The translations under genes and the position numbers were made by a program. DNA of 63,824 nucleotides, filler included, from Octopus bimaculoides (Eukaryota): NCBI RefSeq assembly GCF_001194135.2. It is 6 parts of 6 records of this genome, joined end to end, with 100 filler letters (N's around TTAATTAATTAA, not from the genome) between each part and the next. Parts side by side here need not be neighbours in the genome. Positions count along the whole stretch, not along the records: positions 29,731 to 39,927 come from NC_068994.1; positions 40,028 to 46,788 come from NC_069003.1; positions 46,889 to 56,121 come from NC_068986.1; 3 more parts are not named here. One strand, given 5' to 3'. Shown here one piece after another: positions 36,090 through 48,672 of the stretch (positions are counted from its first letter, which is position 1; the number at the start of each line of letters is the position of its first letter). The notes below the pieces were generated by a model. The model was not told where the DNA came from and searched no databases. It saw only the letters and a program-made list of their open reading frames with translations.

Positions 36090-36578
36090 NNNNNNNNNNN
36101 NNNNNNNNNNNNNNNNNNNNNNNNNNNNNNNNNNNNNNNNNNNNNNNNNNNNNNNNNNNNNNNNNNNNNNNNNNNNNNNNNNNNNNNNNNNNNNNNNNNN
36201 NNNNNNNNNNNNNNNNNNNNNNNNNNNNNNNNNNNNNNNNNNNNNNNNNNNNNNNNNNNNNNNNNNNNNNNNNNNNNNNNNNNNNNNNNNNNNNNNNNNN
36301 NNNNNNNNNNNNNNNNNNNNNNNNNNNNNNNNNNNNNNNNNNNNNNNNNNNNNNNNNNNNNNNNNNNNNNNNNNNNNNNNNNNNNNNNNNNNNNNNNNNN
36401 NNNNNNNNNNNNNNNNNNNNNNNNNNNNNNNNNNNNNNNNNNNNNNNNNNNNNNNNNNNNNNNNNNNNNNNNNNNNNNNNNNNNNNNNNNNNNNNNNNNN
36501 NNNNNNNNNNNNNNNNNNNNNNNNNNNNNNNNNNNNNNNNAACCATAAGAAAATTGTTTGTTTTAAAATTTGAGATCA

Positions 36579-36758
<180 letters not shown>

Positions 36759-37014
36759 TGGCACCTTATATTTGTACAATTGGATTAAAACGCAATTTAT
36801 CCTCGTCAATCACTTTCGCTTATTCTTCATTTTGCTTCTTTTTTTTAATTTTATAAAGCTATCACTTCTATCTATACAAAAAATCACAAATAAATCGCTT
36901 TATTATCTTAATTTTATTTATGGCAATCTATAATCGCAGTCAATACAATTAACTTCGCGATCGTTTTATGATAAATATCCTATTCAATATTTGACCTTAC
37001 AATCATATTCGCCT

Positions 37015-37242
37015 ACTTCCTTTTTCTTTCATTCTTTTTCTTTTTTCTTTCTTTCTTTCCTTCCTCCCTCCCTCCCTCCATTCCTTCCTTCTTTTCTTTT
37101 TTCTTTCTTTTTTTCTTTCCTTCCTCCTTTCTTTCTTTTTCTTCTTTCCTTCTTTCCTCCTTCCTGCCTCCTTTTTCTTTCTTTCTTTCAACTTTTCCTT
37201 TTTCTTTTGTTCCTTCTTTCTTTCATTTTCTTCTTTTTCTTC
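37015..37242. repeat. Polypyrimidine low-complexity tract
   Basis: Direct reading. Confidence 0.9.
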
Positions 37243-37380
37243 GGGGGTCGACTTTACCTTTCATCCTTTTAGGGCAGATAAAATAAGTGCCAGTCGAGTG
37301 TTGGGTCAATGTAATCGACTTTCTCCTCCTCTCATTCCAAAATTTCAGGCCTTGGGCCTACAGTAGAAAGGAATATTATT
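37243..37380 (+). mobile_element. SINE family A, 3' half
   Basis: GGTCGACTTTACCTTTCATCC..GATAAAATAAGT..TACAGTAGAAAGG. Confidence 0.75.
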
Positions 37381-37383
37381 AAT

Positions 37384-37465
37384 ATTGAGTGAGAGAGCAG
37401 CGCTCAAAGTGACACTGGGGTACAAATATACGAAGCCCAATATACCCGTCATAACTATCTGTCTG
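37384..37465. repeat. Fragment of the unclassified repeat at 3814-4215 (opposite orientation)
   Basis: GGTACAAATATACGAAGCCCAATATACCC match. Confidence 0.6.
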
Positions 37466-37488
37466 TGGTATTGAGAAGATTATTATTA

Positions 37489-37509
<21 letters not shown>

Positions 37510-37530
<21 letters not shown>

Positions 37531-37705
37531 TCTTTTACTTGTTTCAGTCATTTGACTGCGGCCATGCTAGCACTGCCTTTAGTCGAGCAAATCGACCCCA
37601 GGACTTATTCTTTGTAAGCCTAGTACTTATTCTATCGATCTCTTTTTGCCGAACCGCTAAGTTACGGGGACGTAAACACACCAGCATCGGTTGTCAAGCG
37701 ATGTT
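37510..37705 (-). mobile_element. SINE family B, 3' half
   Basis: High similarity to 32903-33075 and 48201-48280. Confidence 0.88.
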
Positions 37706-38481
37706 NNNNNNNNNNNNNNNNNNNNNNNNNNNNNNNNNNNNNNNNNNNNNNNNNNNNNNNNNNNNNNNNNNNNNNNNNNNNNNNNNNNNNNNNNNNNNNN
37801 NNNNNNNNNNNNNNNNNNNNNNNNNNNNNNNNNNNNNNNNNNNNNNNNNNNNNNNNNNNNNNNNNNNNNNNNNNNNNNNNNNNNNNNNNNNNNNNNNNNN
37901 NNNNNNNNNNNNNNNNNNNNNNNNNNNNNNNNNNNNNNNNNNNNNNNNNNNNNNNNNNNNNNNNNNNNNNNNNNNNNNNNNNNNNNNNNNNNNNNNNNNN
38001 NNNNNNNNNNNNNNNNNNNNNNNNNNNNNNNNNNNNNNNNNNNNNNNNNNNNNNNNNNNNNNNNNNNNNNNNNNNNNNNNNNNNNNNNNNNNNNNNNNNN
38101 NNNNNNNNNNNNNNNNNNNNNNNNNNNNNNNNNNNNNNNNNNNNNNNNNNNNNNNNNNNNNNNNNNNNNNNNNNNNNNNNNNNNNNNNNNNNNNNNNNNN
38201 NNNNNNNNNNNNNNNNNNNNNNNNNNNNNNNNNNNNNNNNNNNNNNNNNNNNNNNNNNNNNNNNNNNNNNNNNNNNNNNNNNNNNNNNNNNNNNNNNNNN
38301 NNNNNNNNNNNNNNNNNNNNNNNNNNNNNNNNNNNNNNNNNNNNNNNNNNNNNNNNNNNNNNNNNNNNNNNNNNNNNNNNNNNNNNNNNNNNNNNNNNNN
38401 NNNNNNNNNNNNNNNNNNNNNNNNNNNNNNNNNNNNNNNNNNNNNNNNNNNNNNNNNNNNNNNNNNNNNNNNNNNNNNNNN

Positions 38482-38514
<33 letters not shown>

Positions 38515-38515
<1 letters not shown>

Positions 38516-38728
38516 GAGGGGTGTTGAAAAGTTCCTGGCTTTAAGGGCACCGCGAAAGGCCTAGTTGGAGGCTCGACCTTTTGTGTTCTTTTACAAGGCT
38601 TAGATAAACTGAAGGACTGCGGCAATAAGTGTATGATTCTGAGACGGGAATATGTTGAATATAATCATAATTATGATCCTCTTGGATTTCCTTTTATCCA
38701 AAGCCAAGAACCCTTCAGCAACCCTTCG
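38515..38728 (+). mobile_element. Mariner-derived MITE, 214 bp, TA target duplication
   Basis: TA|CGAGGGGTGTTGAAAAGTTCCTGGCTTT ... AAAGCCAAGAACCCTTCAGCAACCCTTCG|TA; retains a KCMILRREYVE transposase-like end. Confidence 0.8.
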
Positions 38729-38864
38729 TATATATAAAAGACTTATCAGCTCCTAAACTGGACATAGCATTCTTTATAGAAATCGATATGTTATGATTTA
38801 AGCTTTATGGTTAAAGCTATATAATTTATAATTTAAGATATTAAGAAACTTCCCTTGTTGATAT

Positions 38865-39085
38865 GTGAAAGCGCATGGCCCTAGTTGTTGGGATGTTATA
38901 CTCACGTTTGCAAGATTGCGGTTTCTATTCCTGGTCCTGATAGTACGTTTTGTGCTCTTGAGCAAAACGCATTATTTCACGTTGTTCCGGTCCACTCAAC
39001 TGCAAATGGGAAGCCCTGCGTCCCGTTTTGAGAAATGTGTTGTAATCTCGGTCACTTACACTTACACAACCGGGTAAACGGCTCT
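38865..39085 (+). mobile_element. SINE family C
   Basis: GCGGTTTCTATTCCTGG B-box; TTGAGCAAAACGCATTATTTCACGTTG..CCGGTCCACTCA. Confidence 0.65.
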
Positions 39086-39255
39086 GTGACTCCTACGACT
39101 CTGTCACTCCTATGACTTGAGAGGTAATGTCCAGTACTTGACATTTACCTCTTTCTCACCTGTAGATATCCGGCTGTCAAATTCAAATAACGTTCTCAAA
39201 CGTTGCAATAATCTCGCCTCGCTTGTTAATGTCTGTTCATTTACAACCAGTGTAT

Positions 39256-39405
39256 AAGCTGGTGAGCTGGCAGAATCGTTAGCACGCCGGGCAAAATGCT
39301 TAGCGGCATTTCGTCCGTCTTTACGTTCTGAGTTCAAATTCTGTCGAGGCCGACTTTACCTTTCAGGGCCGATGAGATAAGTCTCAGATGAGAACTGGGG
39401 TCGAT
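39256..39405 (+). mobile_element. SINE family A
   Basis: GGTGAGCTGGCAGAATCGTTAGCACGCCGGGCAAAATGCTTAGCGG head. Confidence 0.88.
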
Positions 39406-39927
39406 NNNNNNNNNNTTGACCAAAGCAGAGCTGAAACTCAACTAAAGATCAGAATAAAAGAGATGGCACATTGGATAAGGTAGATCTAAATGCACTTTGC
39501 CTGAAAAAGAAATATGGTATGGTTACTGCTTTGATCATAGGCCTTCTCAACAGGACTGACCTGGGGCTAAACAGGGATAAGATGGGATGTTTAATTTAGA
39601 GTATGTTGACCAAGGCAGCCACTCTTGGTTTGGAAAAAAAAATCAGTAAACCAGTAAGACTTTGGAACCAAAGTTTCCGAAGAAATCAATGTTGTGTCTG
39701 TATCAGCATCTCGAGGGAAAGAGAAATTCATTTTTATATAGAAGGACTACTATTTGACACATTGCAGACGATATTAGCCTTCAAAAATACCGTTGGTATT
39801 CCACTTGGCGAGGCCCATTGTCTTTCTGCTCTTTAACGTGTATCAAACATTAGAGATGCGAGCTTTAGATTTTAAAAACTCGGGTGGCGTCGCCCGTAAC
39901 ATGGAAAAGAGAAATATCAATAACTAC

Positions 39928-40027
39928 NNNNNNNNNNNNNNNNNNNNNNNNNNNNNNNNNNNNNNNNNNNNTTAATTAATTAANNNNNNNNNNNNNNNNN
40001 NNNNNNNNNNNNNNNNNNNNNNNNNNN
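39928..40027. other. Artificial scaffold join
   Basis: 44N-TTAATTAATTAA-44N. Confidence 0.95.
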
Positions 40028-40275
40028 TATATATATATATATATATAAACGAACACACATATATACATTCCCAGTACCATCTATACCCCTCAAGTACCAC
40101 TCCGATTAGAAATGCTATTACTCGACCACCACCATCAACACCACCGCCGCCACCGCCGCTAGCAACAACAAGAGCAAAGGCATGACCTACGGCCACCATT
40201 AAAATCCTGTGAAAGACCACCACAACTACAACGCGAACCACCATGTCTGCAACCTACCATTGTCACCAATACATA

Positions 40276-40494
40276 CGAGTGAGTCCTGTAAAAATTCCTG
40301 TCTTTCAGGGTGTCACGATAGGCCTGGCTGGAGGCCCAACCTTTCGAATTCTTTTAAAGGGGTTAGAAAAACTGAAGGACCACTGCAATATGTGTGTGAA
40401 TCTGAGAAGGGAAAATGTTGGATGAAATTATAATTAACTGATCCTCCTGTATTTTCTTTTAGACAAAACAAGGGACCTTTCAGCATCCGCCTCG
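40276..40494 (+). mobile_element. Mariner-derived MITE, second copy
   Basis: Degenerate TIRs; GGCCTGGCTGGAGG and CTGAAGGAC..GAATCTGAGA.GGGAA shared with 38515-38728. Confidence 0.72.
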
Positions 40495-40525
40495 GACATA
40501 GATGTGTGTATGCATTATATATGTA

Positions 40526-40721
40526 CTCGTGGGTGATGGAAAGTGCCTGGTTTTAAGGATATTGTGAAAGACCTGGCTGGAGGCCAAGCCCTTCGTGTTT
40601 TTTGTTTTTACGGGGCTTTGAAATACTGAAGGTCCGTTGTAATAAGTGTATGAATCTGAGAGGGGAATATATTGAATAAAATCCTAATTACCAGAGTCTC
40701 CTCTATTTTCTTTTACCCAAA
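40526..40721 (+). mobile_element. Mariner-derived MITE, third copy, right TIR lost
   Basis: Same internal motifs; ends at (GATA)n. Confidence 0.7.
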
Positions 40722-40724
40722 GAA

Positions 40725-40867
40725 TAGATAGATAGATAGACTCAGATATAGATAGAGAGACGCAGAGATAGATAGATAGACGCAGAGATAGATAGGTAGA
40801 CGCAGAGATAGATAGATAGACGCAGAGATAGATAGATACATAGATTGACAGAGAGACAGACAGATAA

Positions 40868-40927
<60 letters not shown>

Positions 40928-40928
40928 T

Positions 40929-40965
<37 letters not shown>
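40725..40965. repeat. (GATA)n with a 20-bp higher-order unit ACGCAGAGATAGATAGATAG
   Basis: About four periodic ACGCAG interruptions at 40770-40830. Confidence 0.85.
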
Positions 40966-41330
40966 TTGCGTGCATATGTACCGAAAACAAACGTAAATCA
41001 TTTCTTGTTACCAAAGGGAGAGTTTTATGATTGTAAATGAGGGCAGCGCATATCAGGTTATTCAAATTACACAATATCGATCTTCCGACTAAGTGATAGG
41101 TAATTCAGAAATATATCAGCAAAGAGAAAGAGAAAGAGAAAAAAAATTTCTGGGTATGAAATACACAAATGCACCCACCCACATACACCCACGTATACAT
41201 TTTATAATTTTCATTTTCTTTTTATCATTTTCTTTTTTCCTTGTTATTACTTTTTTATGTAATAGTTTCAGGTAATTTCCTGGTGAAATTTCTGTAAACA
41301 AGCTTCCTGTAATATTTTCCACAGATTTAA

Positions 41331-41600
41331 AGGCGATGCGCTGGGAGAACCGTTAGCATATCGAGTAAAATGCATCTTGGCATTTGGTCCGCCTTTACTT
41401 TCTGAGTTCAAATGCCGAAGTACCAGTTGAATACGGCGGGGTCGGTGAAATCGCATTGCTTACTCCTTCGAAAGTGCTGGCCTTGTGCTAACATTTGAAA
41501 TCACTATATTATGTTATTAGAGCAGCGAGCAGGCAGATTTGTTAGCACGCCGGTTAAAATGCATAGTGCTATTTTGTTCGGCTTGACGTCCTGAAGTTGA
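41331..41600 (+). mobile_element. Two tandem degenerate SINE family A copies (41331-41510 and 41520-41600)
   Basis: Two heads (CGTTAGCATATC and GTTAGCACGCCGG); tail GGCCTTGTGCTAACATTTGAAA. Confidence 0.7.
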
Positions 41601-41951
41601 CATTACATATATATATATGTCGCTGAAAGTTTGAGAACATATTTTTCGTGGTTAGATAATTCGGCATCTATTTCTAGCACATAGGAGTCCACTATTTTGG
41701 TATGTATTATATATATATATAATGATATAGATTTAATCAAAAGATTAAATGTGGTACTTAAAATGTTTGAGGCACCAGAATTTGGTAGGATAAAAACCAA
41801 AAATAAAATCAAGAGATTTGGTGAATAAAATTTGAAGTAAAGCAACAAAAATTCAATAGGTTATAGCAGTACGTACGTTTCGTACAAGCTCCATTTATTC
41901 ATGTAGTGATAACACTACAGAAAATACAATGAAAACGTACTCCTCAGCTGC

Positions 41952-42079
41952 ATAAAGGAATTTCATTTTAGAAAGTCATTTTGAAGACGTTTGCGAAAAA
42001 CAAGATTGAGAGAAGAAAACACATCTCGACTATGCTGGAAACATCTTCAAAATGACTTTCTAAAATGAAATTCCTTTAT
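41952..42079. repeat. Inverted repeat: 41-bp arms, 1 mismatch, 46-nt spacer
   Basis: Arms 41952-41992 and 42039-42079; the right arm runs into a gap. Confidence 0.92.
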
Positions 42080-43204
42080 NNNNNNNNNNNNNNNNNNNNN
42101 NNNNNNNNNNNNNNNNNNNNNNNNNNNNNNNNNNNNNNNNNNNNNNNNNNNNNNNNNNNNNNNNNNNNNNNNNNNNNNNNNNNNNNNNNNNNNNNNNNNN
42201 NNNNNNNNNNNNNNNNNNNNNNNNNNNNNNATATATATATATATATATATATAGCCGAAACTGCAAATCTAATCTAGAACTCGACTGATGAAAGAAAACT
42301 GCGAATGACCAGTCCTTGTTTTTTCTTGTCCATTTTTTGTATCATCTGGCGTGTATGAAGTGAATGCCTAAAGACAGGAACATAGGAGATGGACATAAGA
42401 GGTGTTGGCGGTCGTCGGTCTGGCCAAAATCGAAAGATCATAGAAGGCCGGGCACCGGTTACGTGGAAGGAGAAGAGATTGGTAGGGGGCAGCAGAATTA
42501 GAGGATTAGAAAAAAAAATCAGAGACAAAGAGATATATACGTATGTTCCCCAAGTGGGCAGTTAATTCAGGAAGATAATCCATTTTTGCCAATATTTGGT
42601 GGGACAAAAATTTTAATTTGAAATTAAGGTATCAAAGAATAAAAGGTGCATAGAATTTTAAAATTTAAGTTTTTGCTTCATTTATCACTAAATTCTTAAA
42701 AATTTGTAGTCCGTAGTAATCATATATAGTACTACTTCATTCTTTTTGGAAGTTGTCAGCATGATTCAATTTGAAATCTATTAATTGAATATTTTATGAA
42801 GCAAGATTTTTCTTATAGGTGGGAAATGAATACAGACTGGAATAAAATTCATCGAATGTTTCTTTCTTTTGCTTTCAATGAACGTTAGTAGATTAGCAAT
42901 TGAGAGAAAAGAGAGCGAAAGCTTTTAGTGTGTCCAGGGAATTCTACCGTGCGAAAGTGTCTGATAGTAGCTAATTATTTCAATTTCAATTTCAACTACA
43001 AATACATTTCACAAACCGCTTTCCGGAATATTCTTTAAGGTGTAATTATTGGTTTCCAGTTAATATTTCCCTCGTTATTTAATATGCACATTTTGATTTT
43101 AAAAATATAATTTTTTTTTTCATGATGAAGTCCCCAAAGTAATTCATCCTTTTGCTTTTCACATTAATAGATAGAGACAAGTATTGTTTATTCTCTTATT
43201 TTTA

Positions 43205-43468
43205 TAATTGTTTCACTCATTTGACTGCGGCTATACTGGAGCACCATCCTAAGTGGTTTTAGTCAAATAAGACACCAGGACTTATTCTTTGTAAGCCTAA
43301 TACTTATTCTATCGGTTCTTTTGCCGAACCGCTAGGTTACTGACACGTAAATATACCACCATTGGTTGTCAAGTGATTGCAGTAGGGGGGATGAACACAG
43401 ACACACACACGCAAACGTATACACACATACGCACACACACACACACACACATATCTATCTATCTATCT

Positions 43469-43504
<36 letters not shown>

Positions 43505-43664
43505 GACGGGCTTCTATACGTTTCCGTCTACCAAATCGACTCACAAGGCTTTGGTCGTCCGGAGGCTATAGTAGAAAACGCTTGCTCAAGGTACCGCGCA
43601 GTAGGATTGAACCCCAAACCATGTGGTTGGGAAGCAAACTTCTTACCACACAGCCACGCCTGCA
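43205..43664 (-). mobile_element. SINE family B, full length
   Basis: All modules present in reverse complement. Confidence 0.88.
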
Positions 43665-43677
43665 TGTATATAGATAT

Positions 43678-44038
43678 ATAAGTGGATAAGGCAGCGGACT
43701 CGCAGTCGTAGTATCGCGGTTTCGATACCCAGAACGGGCGTTGTGAGAGTTTGTTGAGCGAAAACACCTAAAAGCTCCACGAAGCTCCGGCAGGGTTTCG
43801 TAGCGAAGCCTGTGGCACTCTTTCACCACAACTTTCGCACACACTTTCTTCCTGTCTCTGTTGTACCTGTATTTCAAAGGGGCCACTCTGTGTCACTCTG
43901 TGTCACGCTGCATCTCCCCAAGGACTACGTTAAAGGTAAACGTGTCTGTGGAGTGCTCAGCCACTTGCACGTTAATTTCACGAGCAGGCTGTTCCGTTGA
44001 TTGGATCAACTGGAACCTTCGTCATCGTAACTAATGGA
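43678..44038 (+). mobile_element. SINE family D (tRNA-like head)
   Basis: AGTGGATAAGGC A-box-like and GGTTTCGATACCC B-box-like motifs; tail GTGTCTGTGGAGTGCTCAGCCACTTGCACGTTAATTTCACGAGC. Confidence 0.65.
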
Positions 44039-44048
44039 NNNNNNNNNN

Positions 44049-44094
<46 letters not shown>

Positions 44095-44744
44095 GTGTGT
44101 GTCTGTGAGTGCGTATATATACATATGTTTATATATGTATATATATGTATATGTGTGTGTGTGTCTGCGCCTGTGCTTGTGTGTGTGTGTGTGTGTGTCG
44201 TGGGGTCGATACGTTCATTTACGAAACAGCTACCTTAGTTGGTTCTCTGGAGTTGTCTGCAGAAGTAAACTTGTTTTCCTTTAGACGTGTGTCATTGACA
44301 TCAAGAGCCAGGTTATGACAAGGTGACAAAATGTCTTAACAGGTGAAAAAGTGTGTGCGCAAAAGTTGGTCGTCTTTTCTAGCAAGATAACAACAATATA
44401 AACAAATATACGTATATGAATGTATGCATACACGCAAACACATTAACCCATCTATATCCATACACACATACGTGCACACACACAAACATACATATATATA
44501 TTTATATATATATGCACATGTATGTGTGCATATGTACGCATATATATATGCATATATATGTATGTGTGTGTCTCTCTTTCAAATATATATACACATACGT
44601 ATGCATACACAAATATATCCGTTCTTGCTTACTTCTACATATAGAAGCATGCACACACACACACATACACACACACACATATAGAGTCAGAACCACACAC
44701 GTTCACATGTACACGCTCAAAGAAGCACACGACTAAAGAAATGG

Positions 44745-45090
44745 ACATATATATGCACACACACAGATACATCTACCCCACGCCCCATCGCCACACACAT
44801 GCACACACACACACACTCATACATACGCACACACACAGATACATCTACCCCCGTTGCCGTATACTCGCACGCACACACACTCACACACATGCATACACTC
44901 ACAGATACATCTACTCCCCCATCACCATACACCCACGCTCACACACGCACGCTCGCTCACACACACACAGATATATCTACCTCCCATCGCCACACACACG
45001 CACACACACTCACTCACACACACACACACATACACACATACACACTCACTCACACACACACCCGTACTCACTCACGCAAACACACACCCA
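44745..45090. repeat. Complex minisatellite with 66-72 bp period (ACAGATACATCTACCCC plus CA-rich spacer)
   Basis: Anchors near 44763, 44835, 44901 and 44967. Confidence 0.8.
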
Positions 45091-45601
45091 GACACACATT
45101 TCCTCTTACAATACGTGTTGGCTGGACGGATTGAATTAACGTTCGTCCATCATTCATCGTTCGCCGACGTTGCTGTCAGCGTCATCACCACCATCTTGTA
45201 CAACGTCTTCTCCTTCGTCAGAGAGAGAGAGAGAGAGGGGGAAGAGGGCGAGAAGAGGGCCTATGGCCAGCGGTAATGATGGACATGTACATATGATTGT
45301 CCGAAGGCTATTTAAAATAGCCATCGATTCCAGCACATTCGACTTTCAGAAGACATAATAGATGCGAGTTGGACCGTGAACCGAGAAGCCTTGTAAAAGC
45401 ACGAAGCCCTACCAAAGACGACAGCTGTGCTTATGTAATGGGTAAGGCAGCCGCAGAAATGTCCAGAAATTACTGAAAACGAACTTAATGTCTCCGCTCG
45501 ACATTCGTGAATTTTCTTTTTGTTTCTTTTTGTATTTTCGTGTCACCATATTATCTTAGTTATTGTTAGCGTCGCCATCGTCGTCGTCTCGTCTTCACTG
45601 T

Positions 45602-45639
<38 letters not shown>

Positions 45640-45975
45640 TTGTTGTTGTTGTTACTCGCGATGTCAATGTTGTAGTCGTCGTCGTCATCGTCGTTGTTTT
45701 CAGTTGGTCAGTTTCTTGATTAGTGCTGGTCAAAACATCTGTTGCTATGATTAGTCGTATTCTATGCGAGACCACCACATCTGAGCTTTCTTTCACTGCT
45801 GTCTTCTCTCCCCCCTCCCACCACCATCTTACCACTCTCTCTTTCTCAGTTTTGATTTGGAGAAGAGTCTTCGAACTCTGGGACTACACATGGAAGCAAA
45901 ATGTGTCTGAAAGACACAGATAGATAGAGAGAGAGTGGGGGGGATACAAAGGGAGGGAGAAATAGATAGATAGAT

Positions 45976-46028
<53 letters not shown>

Positions 46029-46243
46029 NNNNNNNNNNNNNNNNNNNNNNNNNNNNNNNNNNNNNNNNNNNNNNNNNNNNNNNNNNNNNNNNNNNNNNNN
46101 NNNNNNNNNNNNNNNNNNNNNNNNNNNNNNNNNNNNNNNNNNNNNNNNNNNNNNNNNNNNNNNNNNNNNNNNNNNNNNNNNNNNNNNNNNNNNNNNNNNN
46201 NNNNNNNNNNNNNNNNNNNNNNNNNNNNNNNNNNNNNNNNNNN

Positions 46244-46257
46244 CGCTCTTCCGATCT
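46244..46257 (+). other. Probable Illumina adapter remnant CGCTCTTCCGATCT
   Basis: 14-nt match to the 3' end of the Read 1 primer at the first bases after a gap. Confidence 0.8.
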
Positions 46258-46695
46258 TATACATGCATATGCTTATATGGGTATAGGACGACATCAACAG
46301 TAAACTTGAAATACGAAGACAAAAGAGTTCAATCCGCAAACAACGAGAGAAACAAATGGAAAACAGGACAAGTAACACAATCAACGACTCTTCACCAGTT
46401 GTCTGTTGTTTATCCACTCCTCATTTCAAGCATTAACGAGAATATGAGTCTTCGAAGACAGTTGCTCCCATAAGTACCAAAATAAAAACTAGGATTTATG
46501 AAGGGTCAGAGTTGGGAACAACAGCAGGACAGTGGAGACATACAAAGAAACCGAACGTTAGACCAGAACGAGGGTAAAATAGTGAAGGCTGGCGAAATAT
46601 TTTCTTTCAAAAGAGAAAAGATAGAAGAGAGAGATAGAATACGCCAAGTCCTTATATATACATATACATACAAACATATATATATATACATATAC

Positions 46696-46745
<50 letters not shown>

Positions 46746-46788
46746 TCACACACACACATATATATATATATACATATATACACATATA

Positions 46789-46888
46789 NNNNNNNNNNNN
46801 NNNNNNNNNNNNNNNNNNNNNNNNNNNNNNNNTTAATTAATTAANNNNNNNNNNNNNNNNNNNNNNNNNNNNNNNNNNNNNNNNNNNN
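46789..46888. other. Artificial scaffold join
   Basis: 44N-TTAATTAATTAA-44N. Confidence 0.95.
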
Positions 46889-46966
46889 GGTTCCTTAGTA
46901 CACACTTGTTATGAAGTTAGGATTTCCAAAAAGGGTTTTCTTTCTTTCTTTCCTTCTTTCCTTCCT

Positions 46967-47021
<55 letters not shown>

Positions 47022-47129
47022 ATTTACATATTTAATTTTTCTCTTTCTATTGAGCTTTGACACACGCGTGTATATTGCATTTCTGTCCATTAGCTTTGAC
47101 ACTATGACGTTGGTTATCGACTGGTTACC

Positions 47130-47222
47130 AAGTAGAAGACTTGTCTAAAATGCCGCGCGGTGGAACAGAACCTCAGACAACATAGTTGAGAACCAAGCTT
47201 CTTAACCACATAGCCACACCTT
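47130..47222 (-). mobile_element. Degenerate SINE family B head
   Basis: CTTCTTAACCACATAGCCAC and AGTAGAAGACTTGTCTAA. Confidence 0.55.
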
Positions 47223-47785
47223 GCATATAATGACCTATCTTTTTACCCGTTCTTCTTTCTCCTTTCTTTCCCATTAGTTATGTACTTATTTATTTTACTT
47301 GATTTAAATTTATTTAATTTAATCTGTATGACTTCTTGTTTCTGTTCGCTATATGCAAAACGTAAAGTATAGATAATTTCTCTTCTGGAATTTAAGTTTT
47401 AGAAATTAGGTTTCTGCTATTTAGATTAAATACATTTTGAAGTATACAAAGATTAGGGAACAAAAAAAAAAAAAAAAAAAAAACTATGATGGCGGCGGTG
47501 GTGGACAGGGAACTGTTATTACGTTAATAAAATTTAAAGTGACTATCAGTGTGAACTACATATGTGGATTACACAAACTTAATTATATATCTATTTATGC
47601 TCGCATGTATGTAAGCATATATACATATACATACACATATGCATATGGATATATTTATAAATACCCATACTCCCATATACATATATACACGAACACATAA
47701 ACACCTGCATACCCAAATATGTACGCACATGTACTCAGATGTATGTATGTATGCATGTATGTAGGTATGTATGCATGTGTATATA

Positions 47786-47947
47786 GGCGCAAGAGTGGTT
47801 GTGTGGTAAGTAGTTTGCTTACCAACCACATGGTTCCGGGTTCAGTTCCACTGCGTGGCATCTTGAGCAAGTGTCTTCTATTAAAGCCTAGAGCCGACCA
47901 AAGCCTTGTGAGTGGATTTGGTAGACGGAAATTGAAAGAAGCCCGTC

Positions 47948-47983
<36 letters not shown>

Positions 47984-48280
47984 NNNNNNNNNNNNNNNNN
48001 NNNNNNNNNNNNNNNNNNNNNNNNNNNNNNNNNNNNNNNNNNNNNNNNNNNNNNNNNNNNNNNNNNNNNNNNNNNNNNNNNNNNNNNNNNNNNNNNNNNN
48101 NNNNNNNNNNNNNNNNNNNNNNNNNNNNNNNNNNNNNNNNNNNNNNNNNNNNNNNNNNNNNNNNNNNNNNNNNNNNNNNNNNNNNNNNNNNNNNNNNNNN
48201 TAGGCTTACAAAGAATAAGTCCTGGGGTCGATTTGTTCGACTAAAGGCCGCAGTCAAATGACAGAAACAAATAAAAAAGA
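47786..48280 (+). mobile_element. SINE family B spanning a gap
   Basis: Head 47786-47950; tail 48201-48280. Confidence 0.85.
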
Positions 48281-48390
48281 AAAACAACGAAATACACACA
48301 CACACTCATACATATAGATAGACAGACAGCCAGACAGCTAGACAGACAGACAGATAGATAGATAGATAGATAGATAGAAAGATAGATAGA

Positions 48391-48672
48391 TGGACTTTCC
48401 CGCCGTAGACGACGTCTGAGCGTTCAATACTAGCCGAACGACCTGCACAAATGATTTGTTTATAGTGATCAAAATGTATGTGCCGCACGTTAGCTCACTC
48501 TCTCCATCAAACCAACTTGTCTGAACAGGTGCAAGGTGTACCACGCGTCAGGTGTACAAGTGATTGCAGAGCAACGTGCGATGAAGCGTTTTGCTCGAGA
48601 ATACAATACACCACCCGGTCTAGGAATTGAAATCACGATCGCTAGATCGTGAGTGCAATACCCTAACTACTA
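48391..48672 (-). mobile_element. SINE family C with a different tail
   Basis: GTGATTTCAATTCCTAGACCGGG B-box; TTCTCGAGCAAAACGCTTCATCGCACGTTGCTC. Confidence 0.62.

Noticed and set aside
41980-42050. TTGAAGA...GAAACATC as a hammerhead
   Set aside because: The motifs are just the two arms of the inverted repeat; stem I cannot form
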